From contig WJMG01000078.1 in NCBI GenBank assembly GCA_014728075.1, forward strand, positions 2,668 to 66,667: a DNA stretch of 64,000 nucleotides, read 5' to 3'. Positions 1-9,018 of this stretch are shown one piece after another. The notes beneath the pieces were generated by a model, which was given only the letters and a program-made list of their open reading frames with translations, was not told the DNA's origin and ran no database searches. This stretch comes from Candidatus Omnitrophota bacterium (GTDB lineage Bacteria; Omnitrophota; Gorgyraeia; Tantalellales; Tantalellaceae). The number at the start of each line of letters is the position of its first letter. Positions within the stretch are counted from its first letter, which is position 1. Both the position numbers and the translations under genes were made by a program.

Positions 1-2
1 TC

Positions 3-406
3 TCGTCCGTCAAAGGTGTTCCGGCGCTCAGACACCCGAACTCGCGTGTGGCTCGTTCGGAAACTCGCGGCGGAACACCTTTAACGGACTCGTAAGAGGC
101 CTTTCGCCTTAATAAAAAAACAACCCGGGGGAGTTATGTCCCCCAAGCCCCCCTAAATTTGTTGTTCCGCGGACCCGTTAACGAAAGCGGAAGTTTATGA
201 GCACGATAGTGGTAATGCGGAGGGTTGGTCGGCATCCGGGGAGCGGGGCTAGAGGCAATGCAGCTTTCAGATATCAGATCTCAGCTGTCAGCTAAGAAAA
301 TCGTCTCCGGATCGGTGCCGCGCACCCATGTGGCAGAATAGCGGTGGGATGCCCTCGTCCGACAAAAATATCCCGGCGCTCAGACACCCGAACTCGCGTG
401 TGGCTC
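3..406. repeat. Two direct copies of a ~52-nt element (3..54 and 354..406). The 34-nt core ccggcgctcagacacccgaactcgcgtgtggctc is perfect (21..54 and 373..406). Copy 1 lies inside a 19-bp imperfect stem (5..23 pairs with 71..89).
   Basis: Direct reading: identical 34-mers. The flanking ctcgtccg is also shared. There is a long inverted repeat gtccgtcaaaggtgttccg / cggaacacctttaacggac. Confidence 0.7.
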
Positions 407-565
407 TGGCGCCTATACGCTGTACGCTATGCGTCCACTTGACGCTTAACGCCCCTAATATGTCCTCTGTCGAGGCTTGTCCCCGGATACACCCCTTGCC
501 ATCTACAGCATTATATGGTATCCTTTTCTCCCGATAACAGGTGAAAATATAAACAGGGAGGAAAA

Positions 566-733
566 ATGGCTCACAAGATATCCGATGAATGCGTAGCATG
601 CGGCAGCTGTCAGCCTTCGTGCCCGGTGGACGCTATCTCGGAAGGCACTCCTTTCGAGATAGACGCTGAGAAGTGTACGGATTGCGGCGCCTGCGTGTCA
701 ACCTGTCCGGTTAACGCTATTTCGCCGGAATAA
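566..733 (+). CDS. Small 2x[4Fe-4S] ferredoxin, 55 aa (MAHKISDECVACGSCQPSCPVDAISEGTPFEIDAEKCTDCGACVSTCPVNAISPE). It is below the ORF-track length cutoff.
   Basis: Two CxxCxxCxxxCP motifs. RBS GGGAGG 6 nt upstream of the ATG. A strong terminator follows. Confidence 0.75.
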   Translation: MAHKISDECVACGSCQPSCPVDAISEGTPFEIDAEKCTDCGACVSTCPVNAISPE

Positions 734-754
734 ACCCGGTTGATATCAAAAGAG

Positions 755-792
755 AACCGGTGATGGACATCCCTGTCCGTCACCGGTTTTTT
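755..792 (+). terminator. Rho-independent terminator after the ferredoxin gene
   Basis: aaccggtga-(16-nt loop)-tcaccggtt followed by TTTTTT. Confidence 0.7.
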
Positions 793-915
793 AATGTTTA
801 GCCCTTTACACCTTTAGATCAGGGACAGGTAACGCCCCGGCTTCGCACCAGGTACAACCTCTGCGCCTTCCGAGCCAAGAGCTGCCTATGAACTGTTACC
901 CCGGCACAATGGAAC

Positions 916-1437
916 TTATTTTTCGCCGCTGAGGCTTTCAAGCTCAACTTCCGGAAGCTCGTTGCTGTCCTCTGCCCCGGCGGACATCAGCTCCCATCCT
1001 TTTGTGGAAAATTCCTTAACTACCGTTTCATATCCCGGCTTTTGGTATACTACCCACGCCTTATTGAAAGGCCTCTTGAAAGTTCGTTGCATGCCGAAAA
1101 GCGTTTTATATCTTCTCTGGTACTTTCTGGAGCCGGCAGAAACATATTTTCCCTTCTCCCCGGATAGCCCCATACGCCTGCCGGGGAATTTTCCGTTCCA
1201 TCTCGCGCTGTAGGCGTCAAAAAGTCTCTCGAGCCTTTTAGGGTCTTCTGTTGGCCATTTGTCCAGAAGGACCATAACCTCCACCCCTTCAAGCGGACGC
1301 TCCGTTCCTTCTTCCAGCACCCTGCCCGAGACCCGGTACTGTATGACACCCTCTTCCCTGACATCGTTAAGACCGAAGATCACCACCACAACGAGCACTA
1401 TCACCAAAGCTATAAAAGTCGCCCTGAATTTCTTCAT
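916..1437 (-). CDS. Hypothetical membrane-anchored protein. It has an N-terminal TM helix and a CarboxypepD_reg-like beta-sandwich segment (YRVSGRVLEEG...GVEVMVL).
   Basis: ORF of 173 aa with a hydrophobic N-terminus (FIALVIVLVVVVIFGL). Confidence 0.45.
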   Translation of the reverse strand: MKKFRATFIALVIVLVVVVIFGLNDVREEGVIQYRVSGRVLEEGTERPLEGVEVMVLLDKWPTEDPKRLERLFDAYSARWNGKFPGRRMGLSGEKGKYVSAGSRKYQRRYKTLFGMQRTFKRPFNKAWVVYQKPGYETVVKEFSTKGWELMSAGAEDSNELPEVELESLSGEK

Positions 1438-1560
1438 CCTTTTCTCCTTGTTGATGTAACGACCCTTTTATTGTACTCCCCGGCGTACCTCTTTTCAAGC
1501 GCGGCAATGGCAGGGACCCCGTCACCCGCCGGAAACGGGATAAAAAAGCCTCCGAAACAA

Positions 1561-1600
1561 AAAAACCGCCCCGGGCCTTTTGTCTGCCCCGGAGCGGCCT
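1561..1600 (-). terminator. Possible rho-independent terminator (minus strand) downstream of the small basic protein gene
   Basis: Minus-strand CCGCTCCGGGGC...GCCCGGGGCGG imperfect hairpin followed by TTTTTT. Confidence 0.35.
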
Positions 1601-1615
1601 ATGCATGGATTATAT

Positions 1616-1759
1616 TCATTCCGCCTTTTTAGTGCCTACAAATATACCGTTAATGAAATAGTCTTCCGGGTTCTCTCCTTTGGCGGCAAGTTTTTTTCTC
1701 ATCTTTTTGCGCTTGTTCTGTTGTTTCAGTTTGTTCTTTTTCCTGTCCTTAAGTCCCAT
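1616..1759 (-). CDS. Small, highly basic hypothetical protein of 47 aa (MGLKDRKKNKLKQQNKRKKMRKKLAAKGENPEDYFINGIFVGTKKAE)
   Basis: An internal ATG of the 64-aa ORF is preceded by a strong RBS GAGGAGGG. The function is unknown. Confidence 0.4.
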   Translation of the reverse strand: MGLKDRKKNKLKQQNKRKKMRKKLAAKGENPEDYFINGIFVGTKKAE

Positions 1760-1876
1760 TGTCTGTTCCCTCCTCAAGTTTGATCTGTCCCGTGTTCTGT
1801 CGCCCTTCAATATATTACATGATTTCCCCGGAAAAGCAAGGGTCCTTCCATCTTAGGAAAAGACCGGAAAAAGCGC

Positions 1877-2125
1877 TCATGCGCTCTCTTGAGCGGTCAG
1901 TATCCTTGCCAGCACGATTCCCGACGCTATGAAAGTCAAAGCTTCGAAATAAGACAGAACGCTGGTAGCCAGATAATCCGAAACGATCATTAACAGCACT
2001 CCTGCCATATAGCAGACTATAAAAGCCGGCTGGATCCTGAAATTGCCCTTAAGGGAGAAGACCAGCTGTATGAACCACGCGGCCATTATAAGGACTAGTC
2101 CCGCAGAAGCCATGTTTATATCCAT
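1877..2125 (-). CDS. Small integral membrane protein (82 aa, 2-3 TM helices), function unknown
   Basis: Hydrophobic ORF. RBS AAAGGAGGG upstream. A triple palindromic operator-like repeat sits in its promoter region. Confidence 0.45.
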   Translation of the reverse strand: MDINMASAGLVLIMAAWFIQLVFSLKGNFRIQPAFIVCYMAGVLLMIVSDYLATSVLSYFEALTFIASGIVLARILTAQESA

Positions 2126-2158
2126 GATCTCCCTCCTTTTGCGCTCTTCCCTTATTAC

Positions 2159-2207
2159 CTATCCGGGATAGATACCTATCCCGGATAGGTTCTTATCCCG
2201 GATAGGT
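2159..2207. promoter_or_regulatory. Three tandem copies of the near-palindrome (C/T)TATCC(C)GGATAG(G) at 17-18 bp spacing (2159-2171, 2176-2189, 2194-2207). Putative operator array upstream of the 1877..2125 gene.
   Basis: Direct reading: CTATCCGGGATAG, CTATCCCGGATAGG and TTATCCCGGATAGG lie 34-82 bp upstream of the start codon. Confidence 0.5.
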
Positions 2208-2212
2208 AAGGG

Positions 2213-2803
2213 TCAGCTTGTTCTTTTATAAACTTCCTTCAGGAACTCCTTGACCTTCTCCGCCTGCTTTGACCGCGGGCCGTAATGGGAGAGATAAAGA
2301 TCCAGCAGTTTTTCCGCTTCCTTTTCGGCTTCGGCGTATTTTGCCTGGTCGTAATACGCCGCCGCCAGGAGCTGCCTGGCCCCGGCAAGCTTAAGGCTGT
2401 TCCTTCCCTCCAGCGGCTCACCTATTTTCAAACACCATTCGAGCGCGCTTTCCGCCTCCCCGGGTTTTCCCCACCGGGTATAGAGAATACCCAGGTTCAT
2501 GAACCCTTCGGCGGTCCGGATGTCGCGCGTATGGTAGATCTCTATGGTAAGCCTCAAGGATTCCTTTAAAAGGGCCTCGGCCTTTTCGTAGTCACCCTCC
2601 TTGATAAGGCCCGGGGCCTTTGCTTCTATCCGCGCGATCCTTTCGGATTTTTCGCGCAGAAGCCTTCTTCCCGAAGAAAGCCTTCTTTTACGGGCTGATG
2701 GACTTTGCTCCATCGACTTACGAACGAACTGTTCCCAGTCCTCCGCCTCCGCACTGAAGATCAAGGCCGTCATTAAAAAACAAAGGACCAAAAGTATTTT
2801 CAT
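2213..2803 (-). CDS. Secreted tetratricopeptide-repeat protein (signal peptide MKILLVLCFLMTALIFSAEA)
   Basis: The start was moved to the internal ATG, which has RBS GGAGGCGG. TPR-like helices include the conserved AEAEKEAEKLLDLY segment. Confidence 0.6.
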   Translation of the reverse strand: MKILLVLCFLMTALIFSAEAEDWEQFVRKSMEQSPSARKRRLSSGRRLLREKSERIARIEAKAPGLIKEGDYEKAEALLKESLRLTIEIYHTRDIRTAEGFMNLGILYTRWGKPGEAESALEWCLKIGEPLEGRNSLKLAGARQLLAAAYYDQAKYAEAEKEAEKLLDLYLSHYGPRSKQAEKVKEFLKEVYKRTS

Positions 2804-2861
2804 ATCCGCCTCCTTTCCCGAAGACCGGGAACATCCGGTATTCATCCCGCCGGCTGCGGGC

Positions 2862-5405
2862 TTAAGCTGTGTCCTCGGCCACCTGCCCGGAAAGGTGGTG
2901 ACTGGCCGAGTGATGTTTCAGAGAGGCTCCCAGCACCTTCAGGAACTCAGTGTGCCTCCTTCCTTTCAGAGACAGGTGTTTATAGACCTGTATCTTGGCC
3001 CAGTCCTCTATGAAGACCCAGACAAGAGCGTATGCCCAGACTCCCAGTATGTACTTAAAGGGAAGAGCCGTGACAAAAAAACCGAACCCCACGATGCAGG
3101 CCGCGATCGCCTGCGTGCACAAAAGCGCGCCCGCCAGCACCGGGGCGGGATGCGGTTTTGACCAGAAGGGGTTCTTAGTCCTTGCTACCAGAAGCGTAAG
3201 CTGTCCGGCCACACAAAGCTTCAGAAAGATCACCGATTGCAACATCCCGTGGGGCAGGCCCATGACCTCTTTGACTATATATAAAAGCGCGAAAGTCTCA
3301 ACAAGCCCGAGAGCACCCAGGACAGTTGATACCGTTAGGACCCTTTTCATCTTCCATTTTACAGGCCTGGGGTCAAGCCAGGTATTATCTTTAGCGATAG
3401 ACATAATGGGAAGATCGTTCAGAAGCGCCAGGAGTATTATCATTACCGCCGTTATCGGGTACATGTTGAACGCGAGCATGGCAAGCACCATAAAAAGCAT
3501 TATCCTTATGGTCTCCGTGATCCTGTAAATAGCGTAAGAGTTCATCCTCTCAAAGATCTTCCTGGCTTCCTCTATGGCCTTTACGATCACCGAGAGGCCG
3601 GGCGCGGTAAGCACAAGGTCCGCAGCCGCCCGCGCCGCGTCGGTAGCGCCGGAAACCGCGATACCCATATCCGCCTGCTTGAGAGCGGGCGCGTCGTTAA
3701 CCCCGTCGCCTGTCATCCCGGTTATATGCCCGGCGGCCTGCATGGCTTTAACGATCCGGTATTTGTGTTCGGGAAAGACCTGGGCAAAACCGTCGGCCCT
3801 TACTATTTCTTCCCCGGTCTTAGCATATCCGGACTCAGGCCCTTCGCCCTGCGGAAAGAATTCTTCCGCGGATCTTATGTCCGCCCCCATGCCCAGGCGG
3901 GAGGATATCTCCCTGGCTATGGCCACATTGTCGCCGGTGACCATTTTGACCTTTATCCCGTGTTCTCCGGCCCTTTTGACAGTATCGGCGGAGTCCTCTC
4001 TGGGAGGATCAAAAAGAGGCAGTATGCCCAGAAACTTCCAGCCGGCCCCTTCGTCGGAACGGGCAACGCCGAGCGTGCGGAACCCCTTGGCGGCGAAGCC
4101 TTCGACCGAGGAAAGCACTTCTTGCTTCAACCGGTCTTCCGGCGCGCAAAGCGCCAGAATGACCTGTGGAGCTCCTTTGGTTACGGCGAAGGTCCGACCC
4201 CCGGGCGCCTTGATCTGCGCTTCCGTCCTTTTGCTGACAGGATCGAACGGAGAGAATCCGGTCTGTTCGTATTTCGTGATCTCTTCCCTGTTCCCGAGAG
4301 CTCCGATAACCGCCAGGTCTATCGGGTCTCCGTCCTCTTCCTTGGAAGCCAGGGCCCCGGCCAGGATTATCTCTTGAGCCTCCGTACCCCCCGCGCCCAC
4401 GGGGTCTCCCAGTTTAAGCTTGTTCTGCGTGAGCGTCCCGGTCTTGTCCGAGCAAAGCACATCCATCCCCGCCATTTCCTCGATGGATTCAAGCCTTGAA
4501 ACTATCGCTTTCATTTTTGAAAGGGCTACCGCTCCCATAGCCATGGTGATGGACAGTACCGCCGGCATGGCCACCGGTATTGACGCCACCGTGAGGATCA
4601 ACGCGAATTGTGTTATCTTAAGAAGGTCCGCGCCGCGCCAGAGCTGTACCCCCACGAGAACTATCACCAATCCCACACTCAAGCATATGAGATAATCCCC
4701 TATGGAAAGTACCGCTTTCTGAAAGTGCGAGGCACCCTTGGGCCCCGAAACGAGGCGCGCAGTTTTCCCGAAAAAGGTATCGGCTCCCGTGGCGACGACC
4801 AGGGCCACCATTTCCCCCTGTTTCGTCACGGACCCTGAATAAGCAATATCGCCTTCTTTCTTATTGACCGGCAGTGATTCGCCGGTCATTGCCGACTGGT
4901 CAACCGTAAGATAGTCGCCCTCAGTCAGCTTAACATCAGCGGGGATGACATCTCCCAGCCTGAGCCTGACAATGTCGCCCGGCACAAGTTCACAGGCGTC
5001 GATCTGCCGCCATTTGCCGTCCCGCCTGACCCGTGCTTTCAGGGCAAGCTGGCTTTTTAACGCGTCTATCGCGCTGGAGGCCTGGTGCTCCTGCCAGAAC
5101 CCGACTACGGCGTTAAAAACGAGAAGCACCGAAATGATCACAAAATCGTCCCAGTGCTTTACAACGGCCGATAAGACCGCGGCTATCTCTATCATCCACG
5201 GGATGGGACCCCAGAAATAAGAAAGAAATTTCATGACCGGATTAACTTTTTTCTCGGGAAGCGCGTTCGGCCCCGCCTCTTTCAGCCTCCGCGAGGCTTC
5301 TTGCGAAGAAAGTCCTTCCTTTCCCGTTCCTAGTTCTTCCGCCAGTTCCCCGGGATCCATGTCCCTGGCCTTTTCAGAGTCTATGCTGAATTTCGGAGTC
5401 CCCAT
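2862..5405 (-). CDS. P-type ATPase, type IIIA-like (plasma-membrane H+/cation pump family)
   Basis: Motifs CSDKTGTLTQN, TGD, DPPR and GDGVNDAPALKQADMGIAV. 847 aa. Confidence 0.9.
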   Translation of the reverse strand: MGTPKFSIDSEKARDMDPGELAEELGTGKEGLSSQEASRRLKEAGPNALPEKKVNPVMKFLSYFWGPIPWMIEIAAVLSAVVKHWDDFVIISVLLVFNAVVGFWQEHQASSAIDALKSQLALKARVRRDGKWRQIDACELVPGDIVRLRLGDVIPADVKLTEGDYLTVDQSAMTGESLPVNKKEGDIAYSGSVTKQGEMVALVVATGADTFFGKTARLVSGPKGASHFQKAVLSIGDYLICLSVGLVIVLVGVQLWRGADLLKITQFALILTVASIPVAMPAVLSITMAMGAVALSKMKAIVSRLESIEEMAGMDVLCSDKTGTLTQNKLKLGDPVGAGGTEAQEIILAGALASKEEDGDPIDLAVIGALGNREEITKYEQTGFSPFDPVSKRTEAQIKAPGGRTFAVTKGAPQVILALCAPEDRLKQEVLSSVEGFAAKGFRTLGVARSDEGAGWKFLGILPLFDPPREDSADTVKRAGEHGIKVKMVTGDNVAIAREISSRLGMGADIRSAEEFFPQGEGPESGYAKTGEEIVRADGFAQVFPEHKYRIVKAMQAAGHITGMTGDGVNDAPALKQADMGIAVSGATDAARAAADLVLTAPGLSVIVKAIEEARKIFERMNSYAIYRITETIRIMLFMVLAMLAFNMYPITAVMIILLALLNDLPIMSIAKDNTWLDPRPVKWKMKRVLTVSTVLGALGLVETFALLYIVKEVMGLPHGMLQSVIFLKLCVAGQLTLLVARTKNPFWSKPHPAPVLAGALLCTQAIAACIVGFGFFVTALPFKYILGVWAYALVWVFIEDWAKIQVYKHLSLKGRRHTEFLKVLGASLKHHSASHHLSGQVAEDTA

Positions 5406-5432
5406 GTCCGCCTCCTGTTCTTTTGCGCCGTA

Positions 5433-7367
5433 TCAGTTCTTAAGGATTTCCCTGGTAGTCCCCGCAACCGGGAGGACTATCGTCGCCGTGGTGCCTTCTC
5501 CTTTCCTGCTGGTATAGCGAAGATCCCCGTTATGAGCCTTGATTATCCCGTAACAGACAGACAGTCCCAGGCCGGTACCCTGTTCCTTGGTGGTAAAGAA
5601 CGGGTCGAATACTTTTTTGATGTTCTCCTGGCTTATCCCCTCTCCCGTGTCCGAGATCTCGATCCTAACATTGCGGTCCGCCTGAGAGGACTTTATAGTG
5701 ATCCTTCCTCCCTCGGGCATAGCGTCCGCGGCGTTCTTCAGAATGTTCATGAACACTTCGTGCATCTGCTTCTCATCCATATTGACCTTGTCGAGAGCCG
5801 CGCCGTACTGTTTCTCTATGGTTATGTTGACCAGCGAAAACTGATGCTCCAGGAGATGCACTACGAAATCTATTGTATCGTTTATATCTCCCGGCTCGAA
5901 AATGCCTTTACCGGGCTTGGAGAACCTTAGCATCCTCTGGATTATATCTTTGGCCCGCGCGCACTGGTCCTGAATTATCTTGAGAGCGTTCCTTACCTCT
6001 TCTTTTTCAGGGTTGTCCATAAGAGCGAGCTGGGCTCTTCCGGAAACTATCTGCAGGGGGTTGTTGACCTCATGGGCCATGTCCGAGACCATGGACCCGA
6101 GTTTGGCAAGCCTTTGGGATAACTCCACCTTTTTCCTTTCGGTAACATCGGTGCTCACTCCCCTGTAACCCACAAGTTTGCCGTCATTGTCAATGACAGG
6201 TATTCCCGTCATTTCCAGCGTCATTATTTTTCCGTCTTTCCTCAGGACCTGGATATCGAGATCCTTGAATTCCCTTTTTCTGTCGAATATGCCGCATATC
6301 TTCTCAACGGCCGCCTCTTTCTCTTCGGGCACTATAAAATCACTGAAAAATTTACCCACCACCTCGTTGAGGCGGTACCCCAGTATCTTTTCCACCCCGC
6401 TGCTGGAATAAACATACCGGCCCTTCGGGTCCATTTCCCATATCCAGTCCCCCGTGTTCTCGGCGACATCCTCGAATCTTTTCTGTGCCGCCTGCAGGAC
6501 CTCGATAGAGACCGTGGATTTTTTCAGGTCCGCCGCCATTTTGTTGAACGCCTCCGCAAGCTCCCCTATCTCATCCCTGGTCTTTATATCGACCTGTACT
6601 TCCAGGTCTCCACCGGCTATTTTTCTTGTGGCTTCAACCAGCATTTTTATGGGAATGATCGCGACTCTGGTAATAAGTATTACCGCCAGGACCGCGGCGA
6701 GAAGGAGAAGGCCGGCCATGTTAAGCGCCGTACGCTGGGAATCACGAACGAGCCCCAGGATGTTCTCAAGGGAGACTATGATAAGTACCGACCCTATTTT
6801 CTGCAGTTTAAGGGTCCCGGTCTCCTCGTAGAACTCCAGGTTCTCTTCGGTCGGGTGCTGGACTCCGCCGGTATCGGACCACCCCCACTCCTCCTCGACC
6901 AGAAGTATCCCCGCTTCTCCTTTGGGAGCGACCCTTTGCGTACTGGTAACGGGCCTTTTTACCTTAAAAACAAGTTCGTCCCCTATGTAGCCGGTAGTGA
7001 TCGTCACAAGGCCCCTTATCTCCGATCCGTATTCATCAAGAAGGGTTTTGAGGTCAGCGCCCTCGTCCGGGTCCGACTGGGCCGCCACCTTTCCGTCCCT
7101 GTCGTAGACGGCGCAATATATGACATCGGGCTGCTGCATGATCCCGGCTATAAGGTCCCGCAGCACCTGTTCGTTCCCGGAAAGGAGCCCGTATTCACAA
7201 TCGTAAGCAAAATTATCCGCCAGCGCCTTGCTCTGTCTCTTGACATTGCTGTAGACGATATTTTTCTCATTCTCTATAAAAAAAAGCGTCAGAGCCGCAC
7301 TCACCACTACTACCAGTAGAGTTATGATTATGGCGGCTTTCAGCTGGACACCGAATATGCTTCTCAT
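5433..7367 (-). CDS. Sensor histidine kinase (TM - periplasmic domain - HAMP - PAS - HisKA - HATPase_c)
   Basis: HAMP segment DEIGELAEAFNKMAADL. H-box MAHEVNNPLQ. N/G boxes of HATPase_c. Confidence 0.85.
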   Translation of the reverse strand: MRSIFGVQLKAAIIITLLVVVVSAALTLFFIENEKNIVYSNVKRQSKALADNFAYDCEYGLLSGNEQVLRDLIAGIMQQPDVIYCAVYDRDGKVAAQSDPDEGADLKTLLDEYGSEIRGLVTITTGYIGDELVFKVKRPVTSTQRVAPKGEAGILLVEEEWGWSDTGGVQHPTEENLEFYEETGTLKLQKIGSVLIIVSLENILGLVRDSQRTALNMAGLLLLAAVLAVILITRVAIIPIKMLVEATRKIAGGDLEVQVDIKTRDEIGELAEAFNKMAADLKKSTVSIEVLQAAQKRFEDVAENTGDWIWEMDPKGRYVYSSSGVEKILGYRLNEVVGKFFSDFIVPEEKEAAVEKICGIFDRKREFKDLDIQVLRKDGKIMTLEMTGIPVIDNDGKLVGYRGVSTDVTERKKVELSQRLAKLGSMVSDMAHEVNNPLQIVSGRAQLALMDNPEKEEVRNALKIIQDQCARAKDIIQRMLRFSKPGKGIFEPGDINDTIDFVVHLLEHQFSLVNITIEKQYGAALDKVNMDEKQMHEVFMNILKNAADAMPEGGRITIKSSQADRNVRIEISDTGEGISQENIKKVFDPFFTTKEQGTGLGLSVCYGIIKAHNGDLRYTSRKGEGTTATIVLPVAGTTREILKN

Positions 7368-8368
7368 TCCCCCTCTTTCTTCCCGAAGACCTGCGCTCTG
7401 CGAAGGGCGTCCTGGTTGACCCGGGCGCGTATAACTTCCGCGGTCCGCTCATTGTATAGTATACGGGCTTTCCTGGGCCGTTCAACCGGAAGGCTTCCCG
7501 CGGCCCTGCCCCTCAGGACATTATTAGCAAGCCCGGACGCCTGAACGCCTATATCGTAATAATCACATTCAAAAGCGAGGAGCGCCCCGGCTTTTACGAA
7601 ATTCGACGAAAAAGCTATGAACGGCATCTGCTGTTTAAGCGTGAGGAGTATTATGTGCTTTCCGGAAGTGGAATTGTACACGAAAGTATCTATCCCCGCC
7701 CAGAGGCACTCGGCCGAAAGGAAAAGTTCCTCCAGCGCGAGCGTAATATCAGAGGATGTGTGGGCCGGTCTGGCGATCAGCTCAAGACCGGTTTCCGAGG
7801 CCGCCGCCGCGGCCTCGCGCGCCAGATCTTCTTTTTTTCTGGCATCATAGATCATCCCCACGGTCTTGACATCGGGCAGGATATTCTTTATATGGGTAAA
7901 TTGTATAAGAGCGGGAAGGTCCAGGGTGACACCGGTAATGTCCTCCGAGCCTTCGGCTTTTATAATTCCCGCGCCTTCCGGGTCAAGCACCATGAAAAAG
8001 ACCACAGGGGCTCCCGTTATCCTTTCCGAAACGAACTCGGCGGCCTCAGTTCCTATCGGACAGACAATATCCGCTTTGATCTTGGAGACCTTGGAAGCAA
8101 GCTCATCTTCACGGAAGATCTTATAGCGTTCAAGGTCGTAGTCTATGTATATTACTTCCCGGCGGTTTTTTTTCATGCCCTCACGGAAACCCCTGTAAGC
8201 GGTATCATATTCCTCAAGAGGCCGGGATCGTATGACCACTATTATCTTCCGTTCCGACGGCAGGGCATCCCGGACGGATAAAAACACCGCGCAAATTGAG
8301 ACCAGGGCAATAGGGATGATTTTTATTCCGTACCGGTGTTTTCTTCTTTGTAGCCGGCGTCTATTCAT
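7364..8368 (-). CDS. COG2984-type periplasmic substrate-binding-like protein ('ABC-type uncharacterized transport system periplasmic component'), translationally coupled to the downstream histidine kinase
   Basis: ATGA overlap with the kinase start. An N-terminal TM/signal is followed by a PBP-like fold. This pairing with a kinase is a known architecture. Confidence 0.55.
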   Translation of the reverse strand: MNRRRLQRRKHRYGIKIIPIALVSICAVFLSVRDALPSERKIIVVIRSRPLEEYDTAYRGFREGMKKNRREVIYIDYDLERYKIFREDELASKVSKIKADIVCPIGTEAAEFVSERITGAPVVFFMVLDPEGAGIIKAEGSEDITGVTLDLPALIQFTHIKNILPDVKTVGMIYDARKKEDLAREAAAAASETGLELIARPAHTSSDITLALEELFLSAECLWAGIDTFVYNSTSGKHIILLTLKQQMPFIAFSSNFVKAGALLAFECDYYDIGVQASGLANNVLRGRAAGSLPVERPRKARILYNERTAEVIRARVNQDALRRAQVFGKKEGE

Positions 8369-8506
8369 TGGAAAGGCTTATCCTGTTATTAATATGATAG
8401 ATAATACTGATAATCATATTATCCATCCCCCAACGGAAAAAGTCAAAGAAGTATACATTCTCGGGCTTTTTGCGGTCTACATGGAAAGCGTTGTCCTTGA
8501 GATGAT

Positions 8507-8905
8507 CTACGAAGGCAGTTTCAGGTATTTACGGGAGGCTTCGCGAAAGCTGATCGCTTCGTTACGGTAAAGCTTGTTCTCTCTGCGGTATTGGGATATT
8601 TCCTCTATCTCTCTTTCGAAGGCCTCGGCAAAACCGGAAGGAAGGTCCAGGAACCTGGTCCCCACCCGGAACATACCGTCACGCAGCTTTTTTACATAAA
8701 CCGTAACGGCCCGGAACCGGTACATCCGGTCTTTCATGAACAGGCGCAAAACGATCTGTCCGTTTTGATCGGGGGGAAGCGCAGACAAAAGCCCGGCGCC
8801 GCCTTTACTGATATCGGCAAGAGCGAGCTCTCCCTCATCCCATTCAACGGGATAAGCCGGATCGAATCTTTTCCATCTTCTTCTTTCCTGCATAAGATAT
8901 TCCAA
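8507..8905 (-). CDS. PilZ domain (c-di-GMP binding) protein
   Basis: RRRWKRF (RxxxR) and DISKGGAGL (D/NxSxxG) motifs. Confidence 0.65.
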   Translation of the reverse strand: MEYLMQERRRWKRFDPAYPVEWDEGELALADISKGGAGLLSALPPDQNGQIVLRLFMKDRMYRFRAVTVYVKKLRDGMFRVGTRFLDLPSGFAEAFEREIEEISQYRRENKLYRNEAISFREASRKYLKLPS

Positions 8906-8971
8906 GGCTTGTACTTAGGCCTCTCCCAGCTACAAGTATATCATACGGCCGAAAAATAGTAAAGTTAGTTT

Positions 8972-8999
8972 AAAAAAAGCTAAGATTTTCGACTTAAGC
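8972..8999 (-). terminator. Rho-independent terminator after the glycosyltransferase gene (minus strand)
   Basis: Minus strand: GCTTAAGTCGAAAATCTTAGC followed by TTTTTTT. Confidence 0.5.
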
Positions 9000-9018
9000 A
9001 CACGCTTTTTCACAGGGA

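Noticed and set aside
288-599. 103-aa minus-strand ORF across the ferredoxin leader
   Set aside because: It overlaps the ferredoxin RBS and start. It has no RBS and lies within a repeat-rich and hairpin-rich noncoding leader.
3574-4499. Two overlapping ~260-aa plus-strand ORFs
   Set aside because: They are antisense to the P-type ATPase and are GC-rich antisense artefacts.
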